DNA of 64,000 nt from a bacterium (GTDB lineage Bacteria; Patescibacteriota; Minisyncoccia; Minisyncoccales; UBA10102). The notes under the pieces are model-generated. The model was not told the DNA's origin. It did no database searches and was given only the letters and a program-made list of their open reading frames with translations. The first letter of the stretch is position 1. Every line of letters starts with the position of its first letter. Shown here piece by piece: positions 10,101 through 18,500 of the stretch. A program made the translations under genes and the position numbers. The stretch covers positions 76,947-140,946 of the forward strand of contig JAUSJT010000001.1 of assembly GCA_030647485.1 (NCBI GenBank). Direction: 5' to 3'.

Positions 10101-11840
10101 GGGGAGTGCTTGAATTTTGCAGATGCGGATAACTTTGAGGCAGAAGGAACAAACGCTCAATTTCTGATTGCTCCGGGGGAGTATTTGGTGTACGGCAACG
10201 GTTCAGACACGGTAAAAGACCAAAGCGGCAATGCGCTTGTTGACGTTTGGGACGCAACTATTGGTCTTAATAACTCAAGTCCGGGAGCGCTTCAGTTGTA
10301 TGATCAAAAGGATTGCGTGAGTGCCGTGGTTGATGAGGTTAATCGGGCAGAAGGTGACTGGTTCGCGGGTAGAAATGAAAATCTCGGAACGGCAGAATCT
10401 CCAAATTGGATAAGGGTTTCTATGGAGCGCGTAGACGCAACAAAAGCGGGGTCAGACCCTGCTAACTGGGCAAAGAACAATATCATCAAATATAATGGAA
10501 GGGATGCGGCCAATAATTTAATAAACGGCACGCCGGGGCAAGCCAACAGCACTGTAACTTCTCCTACCACCATTGAAGCAAACATCGGGCTTAGGTTTGA
10601 CGAGTTTAGTACGATTACTCTTACACTTCTCGGCAGTCCTTATATTACCGTAGCTGGCATTACTGTCCCGGCGGAAAAAACTCTTATCGTAGAGCCAGGA
10701 GTGCGGGTGAAATTCCAGGACAATGCTGGCTACCTTACCGTGCAGGGAACCTTAAAAGCGCAAGGAACACAGGAGAGCCAGATTGCCTTTACCGTTACTG
10801 ATTTGGGCGCTGTTTGGTGCGGCATTAGAGTTATTTCACCCTCCACCGCTTCACAATTAGATTATGTGACCATTGATAAGGCCCAGAGTCTTACTGGCGG
10901 CGGAGGTTGCAATCAGAGCTTCATCACGTATGCGATGTACGTGGAGTCGAGCGCGGTTACCATAAACAACTCTGTTATTCAGACAGGTTCTGGCCATAGG
11001 AAGCTTTACTTAAAGAATTCCAACTCTATCATTAATGCTAGTACTGTGTCTGGAGCAACGTTGAACGCAGACTCCGTAGGCATATATATTGATGGAGGCA
11101 GTCCCACGATTTCTAATTCTACAATATCAAACAACTCTATTGGGATTTTTGTGTTTGGTACCGCAACAAATCCTACGATTACAGGAAACACTTTCAGTGG
11201 GAATATCTTTCCAATAAAGATGAGTAGCAACTCTGCAGCATTTTCAGAAAACACCGCAATGAATAATACGTATAACGGCATATTTATGGAAGGCGCAGTT
11301 TTTACTGACACTATTTGGCAAAAAGACAATATCCCCTATATCGTAAACAAGTTTACCGTGAATGCAGGATTCAAACTTACGATTCAGGCAGGGGTGATAG
11401 TAAAGTTCGTTAACACCCCCTATGCCGACTCTGGAATTACCGTGCAGGGAGCTCTTGTTACCCAGGGCACCGCATTAAATCCTGTAGTGTTTACTGGAAT
11501 AAACGACGCTACGACCTGGAAATGGATTTACCTTGCTCCAGGAAGCACAGGCTCCCAGCTCACATATACCACTCTCAAATACGGAGGGAATACGTATTAC
11601 AAAGCTGCTTTGTATGTGAAGCAAAGCGATATTCAGTTTTCTAATCTCACAATTTCTAACAGCGCACAGTCTGCAATCTTTTCCGATTCGGGCACAATAA
11701 CCGGATCTGGCGTGACGCTTTCAAGCAATCAGTACGGCTTCCATATGCAAGGAGGGAATTGTCCTGTCTTTACCGACATCCCTGCTATTACCGGAGGAGT
11801 AGCGTTTCATCCCTCTTCTTTTCCCTCGTGTTCGTTTTGA
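7200..11840 (+). CDS. Giant secreted protein with three lamin-tail-like domains, a poly-Pro linker and C-terminal parallel beta-helix repeats
   Basis: Signal peptide starts at the Met at 7248 (MLHRTILCVFLIFGFVLPSLVFAQ). LTD signatures are YEIAWMGSANSANDEYIKLKN (~8570), ISEVQIEGDGAKDEFVELFNPN (~9060) and INEVAWMGTKASSSDEWVELYN (~9975). PTPPPPPPPPPP lies at ~9560-9600. PbH1-like repeats (NSTISNNSIGIF, ITGNTFSGN) span ~10600-11700. Confidence 0.75.
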   Translation: MIGRICVTRFKIGQSSMLHRTILCVFLIFGFVLPSLVFAQSENDFLLSEKDTKLIVNEIQKELSRIGGTIDILKYSSQQQAALTLLRSSARDIVLRFLPAFVATETIKVVFNLVSSLEKVSEVTIKEILDEIEKQTVEKAVAIGNAWLFQNEIKTGSGTIKHPKSGGNFQYVLIYKSTAESKADIIFEFYSPEQVDSPSFQGSMGTFSGSLGDSAYIGKVNPFVIHIETKVEKIGLGWVVDSSADTKITVEFPDKVPVLQLAKELPYPLEEQKIKLLNYWNTAKNILEYLRSLGSEAIGKTADFVYKAQEVVKSLITNTSQLFSKAGAGLVDPFSKESQQIDFIEAQLNQVKDVLDAKENEVKLSLAKDAKDEASPVENLIPLSFPQEQPILSPVESNIEEDELKLNEIKDEVREEPIPQVVVPELNQKLNEIKDKVKLSPTKFCAIDPTRGPALSSVILYEIAWMGSANSANDEYIKLKNISNSAVNLEGWQLQDKDNQIQIVFEKEHGILFQEIFVLERTNDDSLPGTQAHIIYVGALNNTDEALYLFDEKCVLRDKVVADPNWIAGDSSARKPMERGNDLGWHTLGSQNNTLQTMSNSGPAISGSPPLAPVAPKTYPKILISEVQIEGDGAKDEFVELFNPNNESVDLSGWKLMRKTSGGSDAYLVSSSGFSGTVGAYKYFLIVPQLNDDGTANYKGSAVSDLYYSGKTYSVAADNTVFLYNPNGQEVDRVGFGTSSYAEGTAPANPSSGSSLSRKYENSAYQDTDNNAQDFQVQGPSPKAVNPAPTPPPPPPPPPPAQDTTPPQATLQSLASSQSDVSLSLSWTAADPVGDVSPSGLQYIYVEYSVAPSVTGSFAQYNNNGVWTNWQIGSAGKLTLSPQTTSLSLRTQDGVSYTFQVTAKDVAGNTSTTSSAATAVTLLKTVVINEVAWMGTKASSSDEWVELYNASDEEIDLSEWSIYGADSGECLNFADADNFEAEGTNAQFLIAPGEYLVYGNGSDTVKDQSGNALVDVWDATIGLNNSSPGALQLYDQKDCVSAVVDEVNRAEGDWFAGRNENLGTAESPNWIRVSMERVDATKAGSDPANWAKNNIIKYNGRDAANNLINGTPGQANSTVTSPTTIEANIGLRFDEFSTITLTLLGSPYITVAGITVPAEKTLIVEPGVRVKFQDNAGYLTVQGTLKAQGTQESQIAFTVTDLGAVWCGIRVISPSTASQLDYVTIDKAQSLTGGGGCNQSFITYAMYVESSAVTINNSVIQTGSGHRKLYLKNSNSIINASTVSGATLNADSVGIYIDGGSPTISNSTISNNSIGIFVFGTATNPTITGNTFSGNIFPIKMSSNSAAFSENTAMNNTYNGIFMEGAVFTDTIWQKDNIPYIVNKFTVNAGFKLTIQAGVIVKFVNTPYADSGITVQGALVTQGTALNPVVFTGINDATTWKWIYLAPGSTGSQLTYTTLKYGGNTYYKAALYVKQSDIQFSNLTISNSAQSAIFSDSGTITGSGVTLSSNQYGFHMQGGNCPVFTDIPAITGGVAFHPSSFPSCSF

Positions 11841-11842
11841 AC

Positions 11843-11870
11843 TTGACAGGTATACTTGGTGATGTATGAT
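11843..11870 (+). promoter_or_regulatory. Sigma70-type promoter of the vapBC-like operon
   Basis: TTGACA (11843-11848), 16 nt, TATGAT (11865-11870). ATG at 11879, only 8 nt downstream. Confidence 0.55.
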
Positions 11871-11878
11871 AGTGATGT

Positions 11879-12139
11879 ATGGCCACCTCTTCACTAAGAA
11901 CTCAAATTATTCTTCCTAAAGCTTTGCGTCAAGAAATTGAACGGGTCCGTCGTTTAACCAGAGAAAGCTTAGGAGAATATCTTAGAAAAGCAGCCCAGGA
12001 ACGTCTTGAGAAAGAAAAAAAAAGAAGCGTTAATTTGGCATTGCTTGTACGCAAGATTGGAACGGTAAAAAAAAGTGGGTGGGAGAAAGTCAATGTTTTA
12101 GAATGGCAGCGTAAAATGCGCGAAGATCGCGACATATAA
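11879..12139 (+). CDS. vapB: Ribbon-helix-helix antitoxin (VapB/CopG-like)
   Basis: 86 aa. N-terminal RHH-like segment ILPKALRQEIERVRRLTRESLGEYLRKAA. Lies directly upstream of a PIN gene. Confidence 0.65.
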   Translation: MATSSLRTQIILPKALRQEIERVRRLTRESLGEYLRKAAQERLEKEKKRSVNLALLVRKIGTVKKSGWEKVNVLEWQRKMREDRDI

Positions 12140-12148
12140 ACTGACTCT

Positions 12149-12523
12149 ATGCGGCTTCTGATTGATACGAACGTTTATATCCGAGCCCTTGCGGGGGGGA
12201 CACCAGACACTGCATTTCTGAAGAGAGCAGTACTCAATAAAACTGTGGTTTTTTCACCAATAGTGATAGCTGAATTTCTTACGCGTGCCCTGAAAGAAGA
12301 GCAAGAAATATTTGAAGAGATTATACAATCGTTTCCGATATTATCTATTGATGAAGAGACCGCCCGTATTGCCGCTGCCTACCGTAAGGCATCTCTTCAA
12401 ACATCGAGAACAAAGCTACTTGACTGTTTTCTTGCAGCTCAGGCAAAAATCCATAATGCAACCCTTGTCACGAATAATCGTTCTGATTTTCCTATGAGGG
12501 ACATTCGAGTCGTTACTCCTTAA
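12149..12523 (+). CDS. vapC: PIN-domain toxin (VapC-like)
   Basis: MRLLIDTNVYI start and LLDCFLAAQAKIHNATLVTNNRSDF tail, the typical PIN acidic-residue contexts. 124 aa. Confidence 0.8.
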   Translation: MRLLIDTNVYIRALAGGTPDTAFLKRAVLNKTVVFSPIVIAEFLTRALKEEQEIFEEIIQSFPILSIDEETARIAAAYRKASLQTSRTKLLDCFLAAQAKIHNATLVTNNRSDFPMRDIRVVTP

Positions 12524-12530
12524 TTGACGG

Positions 12531-12567
12531 AAAAAGAAAAAGGCCCGCGGCGTATGCCGAGGGTTTT
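12531..12567. terminator. Bidirectional intrinsic terminator between convergent genes
   Basis: A-run, CCCGCGGCgtatGCCGAGGG hairpin, then TTTT. Sits between vapC (+) and the minus-strand gene ending at 12637. Confidence 0.5.
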
Positions 12568-12636
12568 GGGTTGCGTGGGAGCGACGGTGACTTAAGTCTC
12601 TATAAATGACTAGTTCTTTGGCGCGAGCAGTCTAGG

Positions 12637-12855
12637 CTAGCGACGGATGCGGATCTCATGGCGCAGAAAGGCGACCTTGCCGTCGACATCTCCCATCTGA
12701 AGAACGAAATATTTCAGTCCTCCTTCTACGGGGATTCCGTTGTCTTGTTCTTCTGGAAAGAAATCGACAACTCTCGCCGTACGCCCCGCGAAGGAGAAAC
12801 CCTCTTTAACGGTGGCCCAGCTTCCAGGCTTCTTACCGTGTTGATCCAAAAGCAC
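12637..12855 (-). CDS. Hypothetical small protein (minus-strand island)
   Basis: 72-codon ORF with a GTG/TTG start region just after AGGGGG. Own promoter upstream. No recognised motif. Confidence 0.45.
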   Translation of the reverse strand: MLLDQHGKKPGSWATVKEGFSFAGRTARVVDFFPEEQDNGIPVEGGLKYFVLQMGDVDGKVAFLRHEIRIRR

Positions 12856-12892
12856 ACCCCCTATATCTACATGATTACGCTACGCTGACTCT

Positions 12893-12921
12893 TCTATATT
12901 CCAAGGCAACTGTTTTGTCAA
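12893..12921 (-). promoter_or_regulatory. Sigma70-type promoter (minus strand) fused to the hairpin element
   Basis: Minus strand reads GGGGATTGACAaaacagttgccttggaaTATAGA. -35 at 12921-12916, 17-nt spacer, -10 at 12898-12893. Confidence 0.5.
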
Positions 12922-12922
12922 T

Positions 12923-12950
12923 CCCCACACTCATATTTGAGTAGTGGGGG
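12923..12950. repeat. CCCCAC...GTGGGG hairpin element, copy A
   Basis: CCCCACACTCAtattTGAGTAGTGGGGG. Same family as 19955-19983 and 39337-39364. Confidence 0.7.
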
Positions 12951-12960
12951 TCAACTGTGG

Positions 12961-12999
12961 AAAACAAGAAGCTCCTGCGCGGGGGAGACGCAGGAGCTT
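12961..12999 (-). terminator. Intrinsic terminator of the minus-strand small-gene pair
   Basis: Minus strand reads AAGCTCCTGCGtctcccccgCGCAGGAGCTT followed by cttgtttt, 14 nt after the stop of the 13013-13174 ORF. Confidence 0.7.
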
Positions 13000-13012
13000 G
13001 GGTACCGCTCAC

Positions 13013-13174
13013 TTAGTTGATCGAGAACCTATTAATAACTACCACTCGGGCCGTGACGTCATCTTCGTAGACGACAGCAAGACCCGGGTCTTCAAGGTCC
13101 TTCAGAGTGAAGGTTGGGTACGTGTCGGCGTTGATGATGATGAGTCCCTTGATCCTTATCTTTGTCTCTTGCAT
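13013..13174 (-). CDS. Hypothetical small protein (53 aa), absent from the supplied ORF track
   Basis: GGAGGTaatcgATG gives a strong SD with 5-nt spacing. Product is MQETKIRIKGLIIINADTYPTFTLKDLEDPGLAVVYEDDVTARVVVINRFSIN. A terminator follows. Confidence 0.55.
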   Translation of the reverse strand: MQETKIRIKGLIIINADTYPTFTLKDLEDPGLAVVYEDDVTARVVVINRFSIN

Positions 13175-13319
13175 CGATTACCTCCGTTTTCCGGAATCGG
13201 TGGTTCATGAGGGGATCGCCGAGGTTGACGACAACTTCGTCGTTTTCCTCGGCAACCACTTTTCCTATCGCCCCGTGTTTTTGACTCCACGGAGCATTTA
13301 CCTGGACAAATTCGTCCAT
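13092..13319 (-). CDS. Hypothetical small protein (75 aa from ATG 13319)
   Basis: ATG at 13319 preceded by GGAAAGGAAG. Product begins MDEFVQVNAPWSQKHGAIGKVVAEENDEVVVNLGD. The frame runs 83 nt into the next ORF, so the true 3' end is uncertain. Confidence 0.5.
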   Translation of the reverse strand: MDEFVQVNAPWSQKHGAIGKVVAEENDEVVVNLGDPLMNHRFRKTEVIDARDKDKDQGTHHHQRRHVPNLHSEGP

Positions 13320-13354
13320 AAGTTTCTTCCTTTCCCCCTGCAAATCTAGCTTTC

Positions 13355-13382
13355 ATTATACACGTCTTCTTCATTTTGTCAA
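13355..13382 (-). promoter_or_regulatory. Sigma70-type promoter (minus strand) of the small-gene island
   Basis: Minus strand reads TTGACAaaatgaagaagacgtgTATAAT (16-nt spacer). Confidence 0.6.
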
Positions 13383-13396
13383 TACCTCACAACACT

Positions 13397-13425
13397 TTGA
13401 CCTATCTCCTTGTTTTTGATATACT
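13397..13425 (+). promoter_or_regulatory. Sigma70-type promoter of the wHTH gene (divergent from 13355-13382)
   Basis: TTGACC (13397-13402), 17 nt, TATACT (13420-13425). ATG at 13438. Confidence 0.55.
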
Positions 13426-13437
13426 CTCTTTTAGGTT

Positions 13438-14037
13438 ATGAACCACGATTTTTTCATTAAACTTACCCTAGGAGCGTATCGGGTAACAGATCTTTTGCCC
13501 CCAGCAGAGCATGCAAAAGCAGAAATAAGGAGTCTTGCCAATGCCGTATTGGTTAACCTCATCCTTTTTTCTGAAAATAACCCAATAACCTCCGAGCAAA
13601 GAAAATCTCTTATCCCAAAGATACAGGAAGAGATAGGCTCTTTGGTTGGGTATGTTATTGGTCTCAAAAGCAACAGCAAGATTGAAACAAAATATCTCCT
13701 CATTCTTGAGAAAGAATACCAGAAGATTGCGCAATGGCTTGATGAGCAGTCCTTCGACCCTTCGACAGAGCTCGGGGCTCAGGGCAGGCAGGCCCAGGTT
13801 TCTGTTCCCGTCGAGGTTCCTCAAAAGAAAGAAGAAGACGGTTCTCTTTCAGAGCGCCAGAGGAAGATTATGGGCATTTTACAGAACAAGGAAAAAACCC
13901 AGGTCTGGGAGCTCCAAAAGGTTCTTACAGAGGTTACCAAGAGAACTCTCCGAAGAGACCTCGATGATCTCTTGCAGCACAACCTTATTGAGCGGAAAGG
14001 GGAGTGGAACGCGGTATTCTACCGCATGAAACAATAA
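13438..14037 (+). CDS. DNA-binding protein with C-terminal DeoR-type winged HTH
   Basis: C-terminus SERQRKIMGILQNKEKTQVWELQKVLTEVTKRTLRRDLDDLLQHNLIERKG is a typical wHTH. The N-terminal half is helical and uncharacterised. Confidence 0.65.
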   Translation: MNHDFFIKLTLGAYRVTDLLPPAEHAKAEIRSLANAVLVNLILFSENNPITSEQRKSLIPKIQEEIGSLVGYVIGLKSNSKIETKYLLILEKEYQKIAQWLDEQSFDPSTELGAQGRQAQVSVPVEVPQKKEEDGSLSERQRKIMGILQNKEKTQVWELQKVLTEVTKRTLRRDLDDLLQHNLIERKGEWNAVFYRMKQ

Positions 14038-14063
14038 AACTGTGGAAAACTAGTGGATAAAAC

Positions 14064-14126
14064 TAGGACAAGCAGTTTTTTAAGTAGGACATTGCACAAT
14101 ATTGAAATTTGTCCTAGTATGTCCTA
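14064..14126. promoter_or_regulatory. Cluster of four TAGGACA/TGTCCTA heptamers at the sigma-factor promoter
   Basis: TAGGACA at 14064 and 14085. The reverse complement TGTCCTA at 14110 and 14120. Candidate promoter TTGCAC-17-TAGTAT (14092-14120) lies inside the cluster. Confidence 0.5.
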
Positions 14127-14134
14127 ATATCTCT

Positions 14135-14638
14135 ATGACAGATGAGATCCAAGACAATTTTAGCAAAATATATGACCAGTACGTCGCCAAGATCTACAGG
14201 TTCATATACTTAAAGGTAAGCTCCCAGGAGGTAGCAGAAGATTTGTCTTCGGAGGTGTTTATGAAGACGTGGGAGACGTACCGATTAGAAAGCACAAAAA
14301 TTGAGAATATTCAGGCTTATATCTACCAAATAGCCCGGAATGTGGTTGCTGACCATTACAGGACAAGGAAGATTAAAATAGTCTCCGTAGAAGAGACGAT
14401 TGATATCGTAGACTCGGCAGATTCCCTTGAAGACCAGGCAGTGCTTAACCTGGAAATGGACAGGGTTCAGAAGGCCTTGGCAACCATACAGGACGACTAC
14501 CAGAACCTTATCATTTGGCACTATCTAGACGAGCTTTCTGTGCCTGAAATAGCCCAGATTACAGGCAAAACCGAGGAGAACGTTAGAGTAGGCATACACA
14601 GGGCGCTCCAGGCTCTAAAGGGCAAGGTAGAGGTATAG
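14135..14638 (+). CDS. ECF-type RNA polymerase sigma-70 family factor
   Basis: Region 2 (IYDQYVAKIYRFIYLKVSSQEVAEDLSSEVFMKTWE) and region 4 HTH (LSVPEIAQITGKTEENVRVGIHRALQALK). The ORF-track start 14102 is TTG, so ATG 14135 is preferred. Confidence 0.85.
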   Translation: MTDEIQDNFSKIYDQYVAKIYRFIYLKVSSQEVAEDLSSEVFMKTWETYRLESTKIENIQAYIYQIARNVVADHYRTRKIKIVSVEETIDIVDSADSLEDQAVLNLEMDRVQKALATIQDDYQNLIIWHYLDELSVPEIAQITGKTEENVRVGIHRALQALKGKVEV

Positions 14639-14673
14639 GTGTAATAGAATCCCTTATTTTCCGACATAATACT

Positions 14674-15396
14674 ATGATGGACGAGAAAGAGCTTACAACT
14701 AAACTTTCTCTGCTCAAAAACATCAAGCCCAGAGAGAACTGGGTGATTTTTGCTAAGAGCCAAATCCTTAGCCTGGCTAAGGAGGAGGTACGCAGAAGCT
14801 GGATAGAAGATGTTTTTGCGACAGTATCGTTTCTCCGATATATGACAAAACCTGCTTATGTCCTACCCCTTCTTCTTGTCTTTGTGCTTGGAGGAGTAAC
14901 ACTGCAGGCCTCCAAGAACAGCCTTCCAGGAGACGCGCTTTTCACTGTTAGATCTATCTTTGAGAAAGCTACATTAAACAACCTGGAATTGGTGCAGAAA
15001 AGAATGGGAGACTTGCAGAAGATAGCGCAAGAGAACAAGGTGAGAAATCTCTCTGAAACCGTTAAGGAATTTAAGGAGAATGTGGGTAGGGTTTCCAGGA
15101 ACATAGCCCTGCTTGTGGATAAAGAGCCTGGCAAGGCTTTACAGGCAGGCTTGGAGCTTGTACAATTACAGAAAGACAAAGCTGCCATAGAGCAGATTTT
15201 GGGTACTGCCCTTGATGGAGACACCGAGAAAGAATTAAAGAGCGCCACGAAATACCTGGTTGAGAATGAATTGGAGGATCTTCTGACCAGAACGCTGACA
15301 GACGAACAGAAGAAATTGCTTGAAGAAGGAATCATTGCGTATCAGGTAGAAGATTATGAGTCGGCATTAGAAGCCGTATGGAAGATTTCTAATTAA
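14674..15396 (+). CDS. Putative anti-sigma factor / single-pass membrane protein
   Basis: Immediately follows the ECF sigma gene. One TM helix (PAYVLPLLLVFVLGGVTL) and a helical extracytoplasmic domain. Confidence 0.55.
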   Translation: MMDEKELTTKLSLLKNIKPRENWVIFAKSQILSLAKEEVRRSWIEDVFATVSFLRYMTKPAYVLPLLLVFVLGGVTLQASKNSLPGDALFTVRSIFEKATLNNLELVQKRMGDLQKIAQENKVRNLSETVKEFKENVGRVSRNIALLVDKEPGKALQAGLELVQLQKDKAAIEQILGTALDGDTEKELKSATKYLVENELEDLLTRTLTDEQKKLLEEGIIAYQVEDYESALEAVWKISN

Positions 15397-15507
15397 GAAT
15401 ATGGAACCGTCGCCTCAGGCGACTGGAATAAAAACAAGAGAAAACATTCAAAGGTCGAAACCAAAAGGTAAAAGTCAAAAATAAAAGTAAAAATCTTTAA
15501 AGTAAAA

Positions 15508-18500
15508 ATGAGTAAATTAAAACAGACATTCGCAACTGTGACCATTCTGTCTGTGCTCGTTTGGGGCGCATTGCCTGGCGGAGTTACAGCTCTTACTTCT
15601 GCTGAACTCGAAGCCCAGATCAATGCCCTCATGGCGCAGCTCAATACGTTGCAGGGGCAATTACCATCAAGCACTCCATCAACTTCTGGAGCTCCAGCAG
15701 CTTGCGCGGGGATAACCTTCGCAAGGAGTTTAACTGTTGGCAGTTCTGGAACCGATGTGAAGTGTCTTCAAGCATTGTTAAACTCAAGCGCTGACACGCA
15801 AGTTTCAGCTTCTGGAGTAGGTTCTGCTGGAAATGAATCTCTGTACTTTGGCAATTTGACCAGAGCTGCAGTAGTGAAATACCAGAACAAATATGCTGCC
15901 GAGATTTTGACTCCTCTTGGCTTGAGCGCTGGCACCGGATTCTTCGGAGCCGCCTCAAGAACCAGGGCGAACACATTACTTGCAGCAGCCCCAGTTGCAA
16001 CAACCCCAACTCCGACCCCAACCCCAACACCGACCCCAACCCCAACTCCAACAACGGGTCCTGTGAGCGTGGCGCTTGCATCAGATAACCCAGCAGCAAA
16101 AACGCTGGGAGCAAGCTCTGCTTACAACACCCTTGTGAAGGTGCAGGTGAACGGAGGTTCGGCAGGAGCAAGCGTTACATCTGTCACGGTAGAGCGCTTT
16201 GGCCTCTCTGTTGATACGAACGTTGCAGGAGTGTTGATCGTTGACGCAAACGGAAACAGAAAAGGAAATGTGGTAACGTTGGCAACCAATGTTGCAACCA
16301 TTCCATTTACCTCAGATCCCATTGTAGTCCCAGCAAACGGTTCAGCTGTCTTTAGCGTGCAAGCGCACATGGCTGCTGGAGCAACAGCTGGAACTATGGG
16401 CTTTAAAGTAACCGCAGTTTCTGGCACCCCCTCAGGATTGCCTTTGATAGGTAATCTGAACACGCTTTCTGCAACCACCGGAATTTTGGGTTCAGTAACT
16501 GTTGGAACAGTTTCGCAGACAACCGCGTCAGTGAGCGTGGACATTGGCCAGACCGATTATGTTCTTACCAAGTTCCGCGTTACTGAAGGCAGCGGCAACG
16601 AAGACGTAAAGGTAAGCAAAATTACCGTGTTCCAGAACGGAACCGCGTCAGACGCAGACCTTACCAATTGGGATCTTGTTGACATTAACGGAAACGTTTT
16701 GGCAACAGTAGCCCAGGCAACCAGCAAGACAGTGGTATTCAATCTTGCGACTCCTTACGCTCTTGCAAAAGGAACCAACAGAGACCTTACGGTCCGCGTT
16801 GACGTTGCTTCAGGTAGCCAGAGAACCGGACAAGCGATTATTCAGAATGACTACGACATGCAGGTTACCGGCACCTCAACTGGCCTTGGCATTTTGCCAA
16901 CCGCAGTAGCAATAGGAGGGAGTGGCGACACTTCTTTCCCGGTTGGTGATATTGCTTCTGGAACCGCAGGATACAACCTCTTGACGGTAAATCAGGGGAC
17001 AATAACCGTGAATAAGTCTGGGACTTCTCCGTCTGGCATTGTTGGCATTGGGCAGACCAATGTCACATTGGCAGTATTTGAATTGAATGCCCAGGGTGAA
17101 GACATCCAGATTCAGAGAGCGGATATTTTCGTCACCGGAACTTCAGTGGCAGCAGACTTTGCAGGCACTGTAAAGTTAATGACCGACGCAGGACAAACAC
17201 TTTACAGCGTGGCAGCTTCTACCGCAGCTCTCTATGATGACGACACCGCGGGAACCGATGTGGTAACGTTTTCAACGTACTACACCATTCCTGCAGGAAC
17301 CACTCTGAAGGTAAAGCTTGTTGCAGACGCTTCCAGCACCATTGATGGAACTGACACCGCTATTGGAAACATCTCTGATGTGTACTTTAAGCGCATGACC
17401 ACCAATACCTATGGAACAGCATCTGCTGCAACCACTGTGGCAGGCAACACGTTGACAGCAACAGCGGCAACCCTTACGGTCGTGAGCAACGCCTCGGTAG
17501 GCGCCACAACTGTGATTGAGGGCGGAAGCAACGTATTGCTCGGTTCTTACCTGTTGCAGACCAGCTCTGCTGAAGCAGTGAATGTTTCCAGCATTGCCAC
17601 CAGGATTGCAAGGGCGGGAGCTAGCACAACAGTCATTACGCCAGTTTCCAACCTTAAGTTAAAGAGAACAGACACTGGAGCGCAGCTTGGAACCATTATA
17701 TCGGCTCCAGCTACGATAGCCGATGGATTCAGCACCAATACCTTCTCGGTATCTGGCCAGCTGAATATTCCAGCATCCACAACCGTGCAGATTGACTTGT
17801 ACGCTAACCTCTCAACCGCAGCTTCAGACGGAGGCACCGATGACACCTTCATTACAAGCATTGCTGCAAGCGTAGTAAGCGGTGTGGGAGCAATATCTGG
17901 CACTTCTATTACTGGACCTACTGCCGCAATAACCGGAAGAACGCTTACCGTAGTTGAAGGAGGAACCTTGGCGCTGTCTATTGACACATCAGGGGCGGCT
18001 TCTTCTCAATTCTTCACCTCTGGACTTGCCGGAGTTGAAATGGGAAGAGTAAAGCTTGCCGCAACAGTTGAGGATATGAAGATAACCAGACTTGTGTTGA
18101 GAAGCGTTAACGGCGCTGGAAACGTCGCCAACGTGAAGTTGCTTGGCACAGGCCTTTCATCTGATCCTTCAGTTCCTCTTACTGCTGGAACCGCAACCTT
18201 TACCTTTGCTGCGGGCTCCGAGATGACAGTTCCCGCATACTCAAGCAGAGTCGTTACCGCAGTTGTTGACCTTACTGGCTCTGGCACAATCATTGCCAGC
18301 AGGCTGGGAGTTCTTGGATTCGGCACTGCAGACGCCCTTGGGGCAGGATCAGGCCTTACCGTACAGGAAAGATTGACCGGAACCGTTGAGGTTGCCGGAA
18401 CCAACACCTTTGCTGGAGCGGCAGGCGACGTGGTGTACTTCACTGCTACCGCAGCTGCAGGCACCAACACCACTCCCGGATTCTGGATGGTGACCACGGT

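Noticed and set aside
15403-15429. GGAAC motif after the anti-sigma gene as an ECF-type promoter for the 1459-aa surface gene
   Set aside because: No CGT-type -10 element lies at the expected 16-17-nt spacing. The GGAAC is part of the flank of a short hairpin (GTCGCCtcaGGCGAC). An ECF-dependent promoter cannot be supported from sequence alone.
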